NCBI GenBank assembly: GCA_965603825.1
Contig: CBFDEM010000027.1
Span: 124,001 to 188,000, forward strand
Source of the DNA: Blepharisma stoltei ATCC 30299
Lineage: Eukaryota; Protista; Ciliophora
Direction of reading: 5' to 3'
DNA: 64,000 nucleotides
The translations under genes were made by a program, and so were the position numbers. Shown here in pieces: positions 54,492 through 64,000 of the stretch. The number at the start of each line of letters is the position of its first letter. Positions within the stretch are counted from its first letter, which is position 1. Below the pieces are notes generated by a model. The model did not search any database, was not told where the DNA came from, and saw only the letters and a program-made list of their open reading frames with translations.

Positions 54492-55484
54492 TTAAATCTT
54501 GAGTACAAATTGACTAAAAACTGGCTTATGGTCAGATACCACATTAGAGTGTATCGAGTTATAAGATTTTTGCTTTAATATCCCAACTACATCTTTATAC
54601 ATAATTCTGTCAGTTCATGAAGGAATTCTTTCATTCTGCGTATCCAACTGACCTGAGCCTATTTTATACTTATAAGTCGGAGGAAATTCAATTTCCCCTT
54701 CAGCATATCCTGGTAGCACATTTCCAAGGTGCATTTCATTTCTCAGTTGGTCCATAGGCTTTAATTTTCTATTAAGCCCTTCAGATATAAAATAATCAAT
54801 AGCTTCAATATGCCCGCTGATTCTGTAATTAAGGTCTCCCAATAATATAGTACAGTCTGCCTCCATGTTCGTTGAGAATTTTTTTTCTATCAGATTTAAA
54901 TCTTTGTTTCTTTTGGAAACTTTATCTTGACCAGATATAATATGACACCCAATGAATAATAATTTTTTTGATAAAATATTCATTGAAATTCCTATGCCTC
55001 CTTTATTGGAGATCATATTAAAAAATCCTGTTGATAGTGAAGAGGTCTCAACGTTGTAAATAAAATGTTTTAGAGATTTGTGACCAAAAATCGCTAAATG
55101 GGAAGCTCCAAGTGTTTTGGAAGCTACTAGGTAATAGTCAGAACCCAAGGCGTTTTTTATTTTCTTCTCTCATGCGCTTTTATTTGAATACATGAGAGAC
55201 ATGGCGATAGACCTAAGACACTCTTGGGTACTGAATATATATAAATGATGCATTGCGTCTGTATTTATAATGTCACTGATGTCAGGTGGGATGCCAGCCC
55301 CACACATATTTCATGTTACAGCTAATATCCGTAGCTTATAATTGTACACGCTTGGTAGCGATATTCCTTTTCATGCCCAGCATTCGCTGGAATCGACTCA
55401 TGATTCAGATTCGTTGCAGTTGCTTTTCTTTCGAAATCGTGTGTTTTCTTTTGAATTTGGAATTTCCAGTGTATTCGATATCAT
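54492..55484 (-). CDS. Inositol polyphosphate 5-phosphatase, 330 aa, 5 TGA-Trp
   Basis: VT[W]NM, TQEC, NKGG, GDLNYRI, FPPTYKY, PS[W]TDRI, SDHKPV. Confidence 0.92.
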
Positions 55485-55924
55485 CCTGTTAAAAATTTTG
55501 TATATTAAAACGGTAATATATTTCTGAAGATTATTCTCTGGTGATATTTTATTGATAAAAAGTAAAAGCTTAAATATAGTCTAATTAGGAAGAAGAAATT
55601 GCTGCCAAAAATAAGGGAGATTTGATATGGAGAATTTAGTTTCTATATTTAAATATTTTCGAAATTTTTTAAAAATGATTTATATTTGTTTTCTATATGT
55701 TTTGGTGAATTTATTACAAATACTTTATTGTCAATTAAAGATTTCAAAGTATGGCTGATATTATTTTTGTGCACTCTTTTCCTCTGATCTGCTAAAATAT
55801 TTTTATAATTTAGGGTCTTAGATTTTATGAGTTAAAACAAACTTGCCATTCATTAAATAATCAGCGCGGAGTCCTATATAGATTTTACTTCAAAATTATT
55901 CTGCATTACCTAATCAATCTAAAT

Positions 55925-56578
55925 ATGGGAAATAGTCATAGCACGCCAGAAGGAGCGTCAGAAGAGAATTGGCACGTCTTCAATTTTGAAAAGCGGCTTG
56001 GTTTTTCAGATTACGATGCTTCAGAAGTTGAGCTTGCAATGCTTCGAAACATGAAAAATTCTTTAATTACAGAGTTTTCTTACAGAAATATTGAATCATC
56101 TCTGAAGTTAAGATATAAAGAAACTTTTCGACAGCTCGTTTTTGAAAAATTTCAAGCTGAAGATGGAGCCATTGATGGCATAAAATTAGCAACTTTAGGA
56201 TTGCTGCTGTCTAGAGGCTCAGAAAGAGAAAAAATGACAGCTATTTGGAATATTTTTGATGAAGCAGGAAAAGGGGAACTCGATAGAAAACAATTTGGTG
56301 TCATGATAACTACTTTGTTTTTAGCGTCATTAGGCCCTACGATTGAGGTTTCTGTAAATCAGGATTTTACTAGTAATGCTCTTTCAAAATGGGTAGAAAA
56401 ATTGGATCGAAAAATTCCAGATTCTGTGAAAGAAATTTTGGATTTTTTCTTGGATCAAAACCCATCTCTGTCGATAAGTGCATTTTTAACTAAGCTTTTT
56501 GAGGGACCAAGAGGGGATTTGTCAAACACTTTTGTGATAAGAAGGCAATTAGAGAGGGATGAGTTCGATGAGTTATAA
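55925..56578 (+). CDS. Myristoylated EF-hand protein (calcineurin-B/NCS-like, divergent)
   Basis: MGNSHS, LSRGSEREKMTAIWNIFDEAGKGELDRKQF. Confidence 0.72.
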   Translation: MGNSHSTPEGASEENWHVFNFEKRLGFSDYDASEVELAMLRNMKNSLITEFSYRNIESSLKLRYKETFRQLVFEKFQAEDGAIDGIKLATLGLLLSRGSEREKMTAIWNIFDEAGKGELDRKQFGVMITTLFLASLGPTIEVSVNQDFTSNALSKWVEKLDRKIPDSVKEILDFFLDQNPSLSISAFLTKLFEGPRGDLSNTFVIRRQLERDEFDEL

Positions 56579-57192
56579 TAAATATAAGACATTATTTTTT
56601 ATTTGAAATTATGAAGTTAGAGCCTTTTTTCTAAATTTATGCATTTTTATGAAATTCTACTATCGAGCCCGAAGAGCTATGATAAGTTTATAGCCGCTTA
56701 TGAAACTTTAAACGCCGAAGCCCAGGAATCATGCAGTCTTGACCGACATGATGCATGGCACTCAAAGAAACTGGTAACCCTAAGAAGAGACAGGTAGCTA
56801 TTTGCCTTTTTAAGATTTCGGCAGAATAGATGTGTCAAGCTATTTGGAAAATTAAATAATTGGAGCTCGAACTTAAGTTTTACCGATTCCTGAGAATTTC
56901 ATATCTCTTAAATTTCAAGATTAATCTTAATTTGCTAATTTATTTCGCTATTAGCTATTAGGTGAGAAGACATGCCAAAGTCAGAGATATGCTCATATGT
57001 TTTACCCAATATATTATTTCAAGTATTAAAAAATAAAATATTAACGATAATAGAGAGAAGCTGAATTCTATCCAAATAAAGCTGATTATTGACCAAAATT
57101 TTTCAAAATCCACTGATATTTTACAGATGAAAAGTGATGTTTTAAAATTGTATATATAATTATAATGATGACTTATTATACACAATTTTATT

Positions 57193-58575
57193 CTAAATCT
57201 GCATTTTTTGGAGTAGTTCAATACGGTCTCGGCCTAATACGTCGTTAATAAAATTGATTTCCTCCTCTGAAAGGTTCCATTCATTCCCAGTGAAAACTCC
57301 ACTTACTTGTTTTTCTTGCTTCAAATTATAAGCCCTATTAAAGTCCTGCAACGCTGCTTCTTCTTGTCTGAGAATATTGAATACTCTAGCTCGGCTGCAG
57401 AAATGCAAAGGATTATTGGATTCAAGTTTGATTGCCTCATCAAAGCACTGCATTGCTTCTTGATATCTCCCTAAAAGATAAAGATTATTGCCTTTACGAT
57501 TATAAAACCTGGCATTATTTGGATTGATTTTGATTGCTTTGTCATAGCTTTCTACTGCTTCTGAGTATCTTCCTAATTTATTTAAAACATGTCCTTTATC
57601 ATTGAGAGTACCAGCATCGTTATTATTGAGTTTGATTGCTTTGTCATAGCATTCAATTGCTTCTAGATATCTTTGCATATTATAAAAAACGCTGCCTTTA
57701 TTGTTGTAAAGCCTAGCATTGTTTGAATAGAGTTTGATTGCCTCGTCAAAACATTCGATTGCTTCTAGATATCTTCCTAAAATATAAAAAAGGCTGCCTT
57801 TATTATTGTAAGGGCTAGCATTGTTTGGATCGAGTTTGATTGCTTTTTCAAGGCATTCAATTTCTTCTATATATCTTTTTAAATTGTGAAGAATATCGCC
57901 TTTACTCTTGAAAAAGCGAACGTCGTTTGGATTAAGTTTGATTGCTTCGTCGAAGCATTCGATTGCTTCTAGATATCTTTCTAAATTCTGAAAAGCGTTG
58001 CCTTTATTATTGTAATAATTAGCATCTTTTGGATTGAGTTTGATTGCTTCGTCATAGCATTCGATTGCTTCTAGATATTTTTTTAAAATATAAAGCATGT
58101 TCCCTTTATTATAGTAAAAGCTAGCGTTGCTTGGATTGAGTTTGATTGCTTCGTCATAGCATTCAATTGCTTCTAGATATCTTTTTAAACAAAACAAAGA
58201 GTAGCCTTTTTTATCGTAATAATTAACATTGTTTGGATTGAGTCTGATCGCTTCGTCATAGCATTCGATTGCTTCTAGATATCTTTTTAAATTGTGAAAA
58301 GCGGCTCCTTTACTCTTGAAAAAGATAGATTCGTTTAGGTTGAGTTTGATTGCTTCGCTATAGCATTCGATTGCTTCTAGATATCTTTTTAAAAAAGACA
58401 AAACGTTGCCTTTGCTATTGTAAAAGCCAGCGTTGTTTGGATCGATTTTAATTGCTTCGTCATAGCATTCGATTGCTTCTAGATATCTTCCTAAAATATA
58501 AAAAGCGTTGCCTTTATTATTGTAAAGGATAGCGTTGTTTAGATCGAGTTTGATTGCTTTTTCAAGGCATTCGAT
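57193..58575 (-). CDS. TPR-repeat protein (~12 near-identical TPRs), apparently 5'-truncated
   Basis: Repeated YNNKG..L.RYLEAIEC(Y/F)D(E/K)AIKLNP; frame open to 58587 but preceded by TAA, with no upstream ATG. Confidence 0.75.
   Translation of the reverse strand: MECLEKAIKLDLNNAILYNNKGNAFYILGRYLEAIECYDEAIKIDPNNAGFYNSKGNVLSFLKRYLEAIECYSEAIKLNLNESIFFKSKGAAFHNLKRYLEAIECYDEAIRLNPNNVNYYDKKGYSLFCLKRYLEAIECYDEAIKLNPSNASFYYNKGNMLYILKKYLEAIECYDEAIKLNPKDANYYNNKGNAFQNLERYLEAIECFDEAIKLNPNDVRFFKSKGDILHNLKRYIEEIECLEKAIKLDPNNASPYNNKGSLFYILGRYLEAIECFDEAIKLYSNNARLYNNKGSVFYNMQRYLEAIECYDKAIKLNNNDAGTLNDKGHVLNKLGRYSEAVESYDKAIKINPNNARFYNRKGNNLYLLGRYQEAMQCFDEAIKLESNNPLHFCSRARVFNILRQEEAALQDFNRAYNLKQEKQVSGVFTGNEWNLSEEEINFINDVLGRDRIELLQKMQI
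57330..58575. repeat. 102-bp tandem repeat encoding TPR units
   Basis: Recurring gagtttgattgcttcgtcatagcattcgattgcttctagatatc at 102-nt spacing. Confidence 0.9.
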
Positions 58576-59349
58576 TTGATTCAGGGTTTACTTGAATATA
58601 ATGAAGTGATTGGGCTAAATCTATCAGAAAAAGATGCTTTATATTTACTTGATCATTCTCAATCAACTTATGAATCAAATGATGCGGAAGAAGATGAACT
58701 TCAAGAAATTTTGAGGATGAAGAAGGTCTATTGCTCGTGTGATAAATCAGATCGATTGAGAAATATTAGATGATATTGGCCCAATTTAAACCATCTTGAA
58801 ATCAATAATTTTGATGAAGTCTTTTTTACTGACGATAAGTTTAATAATCATATTAGAAGAAAATAAAGGCATCAGAAAATTTTCAAAATGATTTGAAAAA
58901 GAGAAGATTTGGATGCCAAAAGTTTTTCTATTAACTCAAATGCAACTCATTTTATCAAAACACAATAAAGAAAGCAATTTAGATGCATGTGAGGGTTTTC
59001 TAATGATGAAACGTGCAAAATTTAAGATTCTACTAGAAAAAATACTCGATTTAATTAGAAAGCAAGAAAAAAAAGTTTAATTAGGTCAATAATGCCATTT
59101 TAAAATTATTCATTTATTTATTATTCTATTTCGCACTTATTCATAAATTTGGCTTAGACAAATTCGCAAAATAATGAAGTTGAAGACTTTATTCGAAATT
59201 TATGCATTTTTTTGAAAACCTACATAATATGATTTTTATTACTCGCTTAATAAAGCTTCATGCAACAGAAAATTATCTATACTAATGAAATATTAATATT
59301 TTGAGTAATTTTACAAGTCGATTTTATTCAAATTATTAATCCAATTATT

Positions 59350-59817
59350 TTAGCACACTCGTCTTCCTTCAGTTAAATGAAGAATAGCTCCAGGACAAAT
59401 TCCATAACTTTCAAGTGTACAAAAATTTCGAAGATAATTTTTTCCAAAGAGTAATAGTTGATAACTGATAGATATACCTGATAGATCTTTGAGTAGAAGT
59501 TTTAGATCTAAAGTTGTGCTACGAGAATTAATGCATATCTCATGGTTATTATATTTCTCCTCGACTATAATTGTCATTAATACGCCGCCATCTCGAGGTC
59601 CTAAAGCCAAATAAAGTGATGATTTATCTTGAATATTATAGTCAGCTAATGAATGGCAGTCTTCTAATTCATCATAATCAGAAAATAATCTCTGTTGATC
59701 TATAGGAATTCCTTCTTTTTCTTGAATTTTTAATTTTAGATCTTCTATAGATTCTGATGATTCTGCATATATATTAAAGAAACTCTCAGCATGAGCTACT
59801 ATTACAGAAATTTGCAT
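59350..59817 (-). CDS. Di-ubiquitin-like protein, copy 1
   Basis: MQISV..KIQEKEGIPIDQQRL..DYNIQ..LGPRDGG, then a second UBL; ends RRVC. Confidence 0.85.
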   Translation of the reverse strand: MQISVIVAHAESFFNIYAESSESIEDLKLKIQEKEGIPIDQQRLFSDYDELEDCHSLADYNIQDKSSLYLALGPRDGGVLMTIIVEEKYNNHEICINSRSTTLDLKLLLKDLSGISISYQLLLFGKNYLRNFCTLESYGICPGAILHLTEGRRVC

Positions 59818-59836
59818 GTTAATAAATTTTATATTT

Positions 59837-59855
59837 TGATATCAGGTAAGAAAAG
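59837..59855 (-). promoter_or_regulatory. Conserved 19-nt element ~20 nt upstream of each di-UBL ATG (also at 60513, 61187, 61928)
   Basis: TGATATCAGGTAAGAAAAG (+ strand) identical in all four units while neighbouring codons diverge. Confidence 0.45.
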
Positions 59856-60026
59856 CCATATCTAAAATAATGAAGTTTAAGGCTTTATTCGAAATTTATG
59901 CATTTATGATAATTTTATTACTGACTTAATTAAGCTTCTAAAATTGAAAATTATGGTGCTCTAATGAAATATTAATATTTTGAGTAATTTTACAGATCGT
60001 TTTTGTGCAATTATTAATCCAGTTAT

Positions 60027-60494
60027 TTAGCAGCTTAGTGGTGTTTGAGCTAAATGAAGAATAGCGCCAGGGCCAATTCCATAATTTTCAAGCGTACAAT
60101 AATTTCGAAGAATATTTTTTCCAAAGTATAAGCGCTGCAGCCTGATAGGGATGCCTGATAGATCTTTGAGTAGACGTTTTAGGTTTAAAATTGTGTCACG
60201 AGAATTAATACATATCTCATGATTATTATAAATATTTTCGACTATAATTGTCATTAATATGCCACCATCTCGAGGTCCTAAAACCAAATAAATTGTTGAT
60301 TTTTCTTGAATATTATAGTGAATTAATGAATGGCAGTTTTCTAATTCATCATAATCAAAAAATAATTGCTGTTGATCTATAGGAATTCCTTCATTTTCTT
60401 GAATTTTTAATTTTAGATCTTCTATAGATTCTGATGATTCTGCATTCACTTTAAAGGATTCCTCAGTATAAGCTTCTATTACAGAAATTTCCAT
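60027..60494 (-). CDS. Di-ubiquitin-like protein, copy 2
   Basis: Paralog; ends PLSC. Confidence 0.85.
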   Translation of the reverse strand: MEISVIEAYTEESFKVNAESSESIEDLKLKIQENEGIPIDQQQLFFDYDELENCHSLIHYNIQEKSTIYLVLGPRDGGILMTIIVENIYNNHEICINSRDTILNLKRLLKDLSGIPIRLQRLYFGKNILRNYCTLENYGIGPGAILHLAQTPLSC

Positions 60495-60702
60495 ATTATA
60501 AATTTTATATATTGATATCAGGTAAGAAAAGCAATATTTATAATAATGAAGTTGAAGGGTTTATTCTAAATTTATGCATTTTTGAAATTCAGCATAAGAA
60601 AATTTTTATTATTCGCTTAATAAAGTTGCTCTATACTAATGAAATATTAATATTTTGAGTAATTTTACAGATCGTTTTTATCCAAATTATTAATTCAATT
60701 AT

Positions 60703-61167
60703 TTAGCAGGTTATTCTTCTTTTAACTAAATGAAGAATAGTGCCAGGACAAATTCCATAACTTTCAATTATAGAATAGCTTTGAAGAGTATTTTTTCCAA
60801 AGAATAAGAGTTGGTAATTGATAGGTATACCTGATAGACCTTGGACTAAAAGTTTTAGATGTAAAATTGTATCACGAGAATTAATACATATCTCATAGTT
60901 ATTATATCTATCTTCGACTATAATTGTCATTAATACGCCGCCATCTCGAGGTCCTAAAACCAAATAAAGCATTGATTGTTCTTGAATATTGTAGTGAGCT
61001 AATGAATGGCAGTTTTCTAATTCATTATAATTAAAAAATAATCGCTGTTGAACTATAGGAATTCCTTCATTTTCTTGAATTTTTAGTTTTAGATCTTCTA
61101 CAGATTCTGAAGATTCTGCATTCACTTTAAAGAAATTCCCAGTTGGAGCTCTTACAGAAATTTGCAT
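60703..61167 (-). CDS. Di-ubiquitin-like protein, copy 3
   Basis: Paralog; ends RITC. Confidence 0.85.
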   Translation of the reverse strand: MQISVRAPTGNFFKVNAESSESVEDLKLKIQENEGIPIVQQRLFFNYNELENCHSLAHYNIQEQSMLYLVLGPRDGGVLMTIIVEDRYNNYEICINSRDTILHLKLLVQGLSGIPINYQLLFFGKNTLQSYSIIESYGICPGTILHLVKRRITC

Positions 61168-61440
61168 GTTAATAAATTTTATATTTTGATATCAGGTAAG
61201 AAAAGCCATATACATCGCTCATGCAACGTTAAGACCGTCATTCATAAAAGTTTAATCGGCATAATTGAATTGATATCTATTACATCTTAGGCAAGAACTA
61301 TCATCGTTTAGATGACTATTCAGAGTTAAATAAAATTTCTTAATGAAGCTTCATGCAACAGAAAATTATCTATACTAATAAAATATTAATATTTTGAGTA
61401 ATTTTACAGATCTTTTTATGCAATTATTAATCCAATTATT

Positions 61441-61908
61441 TTAGCACATTCGTCTTCTTTCAGCTAAATGAAGAATAGTGCCAGGACAAATTCCATAACT
61501 TTCAATTGTAGAATAGCTTTGAAGAGTGTTTTTTCCAAAGAGTAATAGTTGGTGATTGATAGTTATACCCGATAGATCTTTGAGTAGACATTTTAAATGT
61601 AAAATTGTATCACGAGAATTAATACATATCTCATAGTGATTATTGCACCTCTCTTCAACTATAATTGTCATTAATATGCCGCCATCTCGAGGTCCTAAAA
61701 CCAAATAAAGCATTGATTGTTCTTGAATATTGTAGTGAGCTAATGAATGGCAGTCTTCTAATTCATTATAATTAAAAAATAATCGCTGTTGATCTATAGG
61801 AATTCCTTCTTTTTCTTGAATTTTTAATTTTAGATCTTCTAAAGTTTCTGAAGATTCTGCGTTCAATTTAATGAAATTCCCAGCAGAAGCTCTTACAGAA
61901 ATTTGCAT
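61441..61908 (-). CDS. Di-ubiquitin-like protein, copy 4
   Basis: Paralog; ends RRMC. Confidence 0.85.
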   Translation of the reverse strand: MQISVRASAGNFIKLNAESSETLEDLKLKIQEKEGIPIDQQRLFFNYNELEDCHSLAHYNIQEQSMLYLVLGPRDGGILMTIIVEERCNNHYEICINSRDTILHLKCLLKDLSGITINHQLLLFGKNTLQSYSTIESYGICPGTILHLAERRRMC

Positions 61909-62122
61909 GTTAATAAATGTTATATATTGATATCAGGTAAGAAAAGTCATATTTAATTCTGCTGAAATAAAAGTTAAATAGCTTATTTCATTTTGGCAAA
62001 CTAGCAAACATTCGGTTTTTCTCCTTGAAAAAGTATTTTATATTATTAATGATCCCTTTAATAATAAAACAACTAGCTATAGTGCTTACATTACTATGAC
62101 ATTTGTCTTGCCAATTTATTAA

Positions 62123-62575
62123 ATGGAAAACTTAACTGATGAACAAATAGAAGAATTTCGTTTAGCATTCAAGCAATTTGACAAGAACATGGATGGACTG
62201 ATAAGTCTAGGAGAGTTAGGTACTGCAATGAGAGCAATGGGGCATAACCCTACAGATATTGAACTTCAAGAAATGATCCAAGAAGTCGATTCAGATAAAG
62301 ATAATGCTATTAATTTTGATGAATTCGTTTCAATGATGCTAAAAACAATTAATGATGTTGAAACTGAAGAAAAAACTCTCGAAGCTTTCAAAGTTTTTGA
62401 TAGAGATGGGTCTGGGGTTATAAGAGTTTCAGAACTCAAAAATATTATGATGAATTTGGGAGACCCGATTAATGAAGAAGAAGCTGAGGATTTATTAAGT
62501 CTGGCTTCTCAGGAAGATGGGCTGATTGATTATATTGAGTTTGTTAAAAGTATTTTTGGAAGAAGCACAAATTAA
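62123..62575 (+). CDS. Calmodulin-like protein (divergent)
   Basis: LTDEQIEEFRLAFKQFDKNMDG, NPTDIELQEMIQEVD, AFKVFDRDGSG; fourth EF loop degenerate. Confidence 0.9.
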   Translation: MENLTDEQIEEFRLAFKQFDKNMDGLISLGELGTAMRAMGHNPTDIELQEMIQEVDSDKDNAINFDEFVSMMLKTINDVETEEKTLEAFKVFDRDGSGVIRVSELKNIMMNLGDPINEEEAEDLLSLASQEDGLIDYIEFVKSIFGRSTN

Positions 62576-62829
62576 AGATCTATTAAAGCATTAAATATAG
62601 AAAGACAATTTGTTTTTAAGAGGATTTTATATTTTTAGCTGATGTGTTTATAATATAAATAAGCCTTACATGTTTACACAAAATTTATACTAACTAAATA
62701 TTGGTTAGCAAACAGAAAATTAACTTGCTAACTAAGGGGAATAAATTTTATTTAGAATTAGAACTCTATTCCTTTTAACTTTATTTACTGCAGCGTCTAT
62801 TCTAATTATAAGATATTTTAGCTTAACTT

Positions 62830-63309
62830 TTAGCTTGATTTATCTCCTCCAAGTGCTGCATCAATAAACCCTTCATGCTGCTTTAAGAAAGGAGACACAA
62901 TATGATTGTAAACCCAAATTGCTCCAAGAGTCTTAGGCCAGAAGAGCCACACAAGGACAATAAGCTTGATTGTGTGATAAAATGGGAACCAGAAGAACAA
63001 AATATCAATGAAGTGGTCTAAAAAGCTATAGCCTGCAAAGATAACCCAGTAAGTAAGCCATTGCTTGTCATCATCAGTTTCTTTAGATTCAATTGCTTTG
63101 AAGCTGACGTATGCTGGATATAAAATCCCCACTACATTGACCATCAAGCCTGAACAAATTCCAAAAAGCACAAGCATAAATGAAAAACCAATAAAGCCAA
63201 TTGCCACATATGAAGCAGGGAGGCCTGATTTCTCGCTGATTTGCTTTACGAGTGGAACAGTCTGGAAGTGCTGAGTGAGGGAATCCAAATAGTCAGATTG
63301 TGCAGCCAT
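62830..63309 (-). CDS. TB2/DP1/HVA22 (REEP5/YOP1) ER-shaping protein
   Basis: YPAYVSFKAIES..DDKQWLTYWVI, WFPFY, WLFWP..GAIWVY. Confidence 0.93.
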   Translation of the reverse strand: MAAQSDYLDSLTQHFQTVPLVKQISEKSGLPASYVAIGFIGFSFMLVLFGICSGLMVNVVGILYPAYVSFKAIESKETDDDKQWLTYWVIFAGYSFLDHFIDILFFWFPFYHTIKLIVLVWLFWPKTLGAIWVYNHIVSPFLKQHEGFIDAALGGDKSS

Positions 63310-63381
63310 TTATTATTATGAGGGCGCAATGAATTACTATAAATAGAGCATAATACGTCATTTTGGATAAAATTAATTAGT

Positions 63382-64000
63382 TTATAATAACTTAGATCTA
63401 TAAGCATAGCAACTTAGGCGGCTTAAGCTTGAAATACTGTCAAAAGATTGGTTACTATTAGAGGTTGGCTGTTTATCAGAGTCTGTTTCAGGTTCTTTTC
63501 TATGGATTTCATTGTTTTGCAAAACATTTGCTTTAAAAAGGTCAGATATATCAATTTTTTCAAATTTTGAATTATTTGCAGAATTTTCTACTATTTCTTC
63601 ATCGTCTTCGTTTATTATATTTTCTTTATTACTTTGAGAATTAAAAAATTTGCTTGTTTTTGTCTGCTTTTTTGTGTTTTCAATATACTGTACAATCGTT
63701 ATAAAATCCGACTCATTCTTTTTTGGCTTTTTTTCAAATTTAATCGGCCCGCTCTTTTCAAAATAATCCAAAATCTTTTTCCTCTTCAAAGCTGAAGACT
63801 CCTCTACTTCAAACAGCTCTTTCGTAAGCGGGTGCATTTTACCTTGCGCGATTAGCTGAGCTGCCTTATCTTCCAATTTCTGTCCTAAAAATTCCAAATT
63901 TCCTGCATTTTTCACCACTTGTTCGTCCATCTCATTTATATGAACCACTCTCTTATTAACTGGACAAAATACTTGATGATGTCGAAAAGAATACATTGCA
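63382..64000 (-). CDS. EXO1: Exonuclease 1, C-terminal part (runs off the window)
   Basis: FRHHQVFCP..LEFLG..AQLIAQGKMHPLTKE (end of the XPG/EXO1 domain), MIP-box-like TSKFF, terminal LSCYAYR. Confidence 0.75.
   Translation of the reverse strand, partial: AMYSFRHHQVFCPVNKRVVHINEMDEQVVKNAGNLEFLGQKLEDKAAQLIAQGKMHPLTKELFEVEESSALKRKKILDYFEKSGPIKFEKKPKKNESDFITIVQYIENTKKQTKTSKFFNSQSNKENIINEDDEEIVENSANNSKFEKIDISDLFKANVLQNNEIHRKEPETDSDKQPTSNSNQSFDSISSLSRLSCYAYRSKLL

Larger units (their letters stand above)
59168..61946. repeat. Tandem array of four ~0.68-0.74 kb gene-plus-spacer units
   Basis: Stops at 59350, 60027, 60703 and 61441; spacer blocks (aatattttgagtaattttaca) recur in each unit. Confidence 0.9.

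Noticed and set aside
5727-55484. In-frame TGA read as pseudogenisation or selenocysteine
   Set aside because: TGAs fall at conserved Trp, not Cys, positions in many unrelated intact genes
56639-56797. 52-codon ORF and a TAACCCTAA telomere-like word
   Set aside because: No recognisable motif; a single 9-mer is not a telomere or telomerase template
58576-58866. WYWPNL as a retro-integrase zinc-finger remnant
   Set aside because: No HHCC or DDE residues around it; too little evidence for a mobile element
57330-61946. CRISPR-like reading of the periodic repeats
   Set aside because: Periods are 102 nt (TPR codons) and ~680 nt (whole genes); eukaryotic context, no cas genes
4462-63274. Many short ORF-track entries antisense to or nested in real genes (e.g. 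4462-5343, 23825-24412, 49486-51530)
   Set aside because: Shadow frames of well-supported genes, with no motifs
19990-64000. HUS1, FAN1 and EXO1 (and several ciliary genes) as functional clusters
   Set aside because: Separated by ~20 kb of unrelated genes; expected by chance in gene-dense ciliate DNA

Overview
Gene-dense, AT-rich eukaryotic DNA, not prokaryotic. In-frame TGA sits repeatedly at invariant Trp positions (kinase SDV[W]SLG, three Myb Trp, INPP5 PS[W]TDR, and a thiolase TGA opposite TGG in its neighbouring paralog), while genes end in TAA/TAG. Eight spliceosomal introns are exactly 15 nt (GTA......A..TAG). Together these point to the macronuclear genome of a heterotrich ciliate, most likely Blepharisma (inference). 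The supplied standard-code ORF track fragments or misses many genes. After recoding I find about 45 genes, including gamma-tubulin, CCDC39, DCTN6, FAN1, EXO1 (partial), HUS1-like, two thiolases, two GSTs, R2R3-Myb, Sec14, GH31, a SET methyltransferase, INPP5, REEP/YOP1 and calmodulin-like. The most notable observations are: (1) an adjacent, co-oriented aromatic amino acid hydroxylase plus aromatic amino acid decarboxylase pair with indole-type specificity residues (candidate 5-HTP/serotonin or gamone-related mini-cluster); (2) a NEK6/7-like kinase fused to an IFT57-like chain; (3) an OSBP domain fused to a VPS13/ATG2 ATG_C-like segment; (4) a four-copy array of divergent di-ubiquitin-like genes that all end in Cys; (5) a PHTF/7TM-ion-channel-like membrane protein; (6) duplicated candidate box C/D snoRNAs; (7) two pseudo-enzymes; (8) strongly gene-specific TGA/TGG usage. 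All family calls come from manual motif recognition, without database searches.
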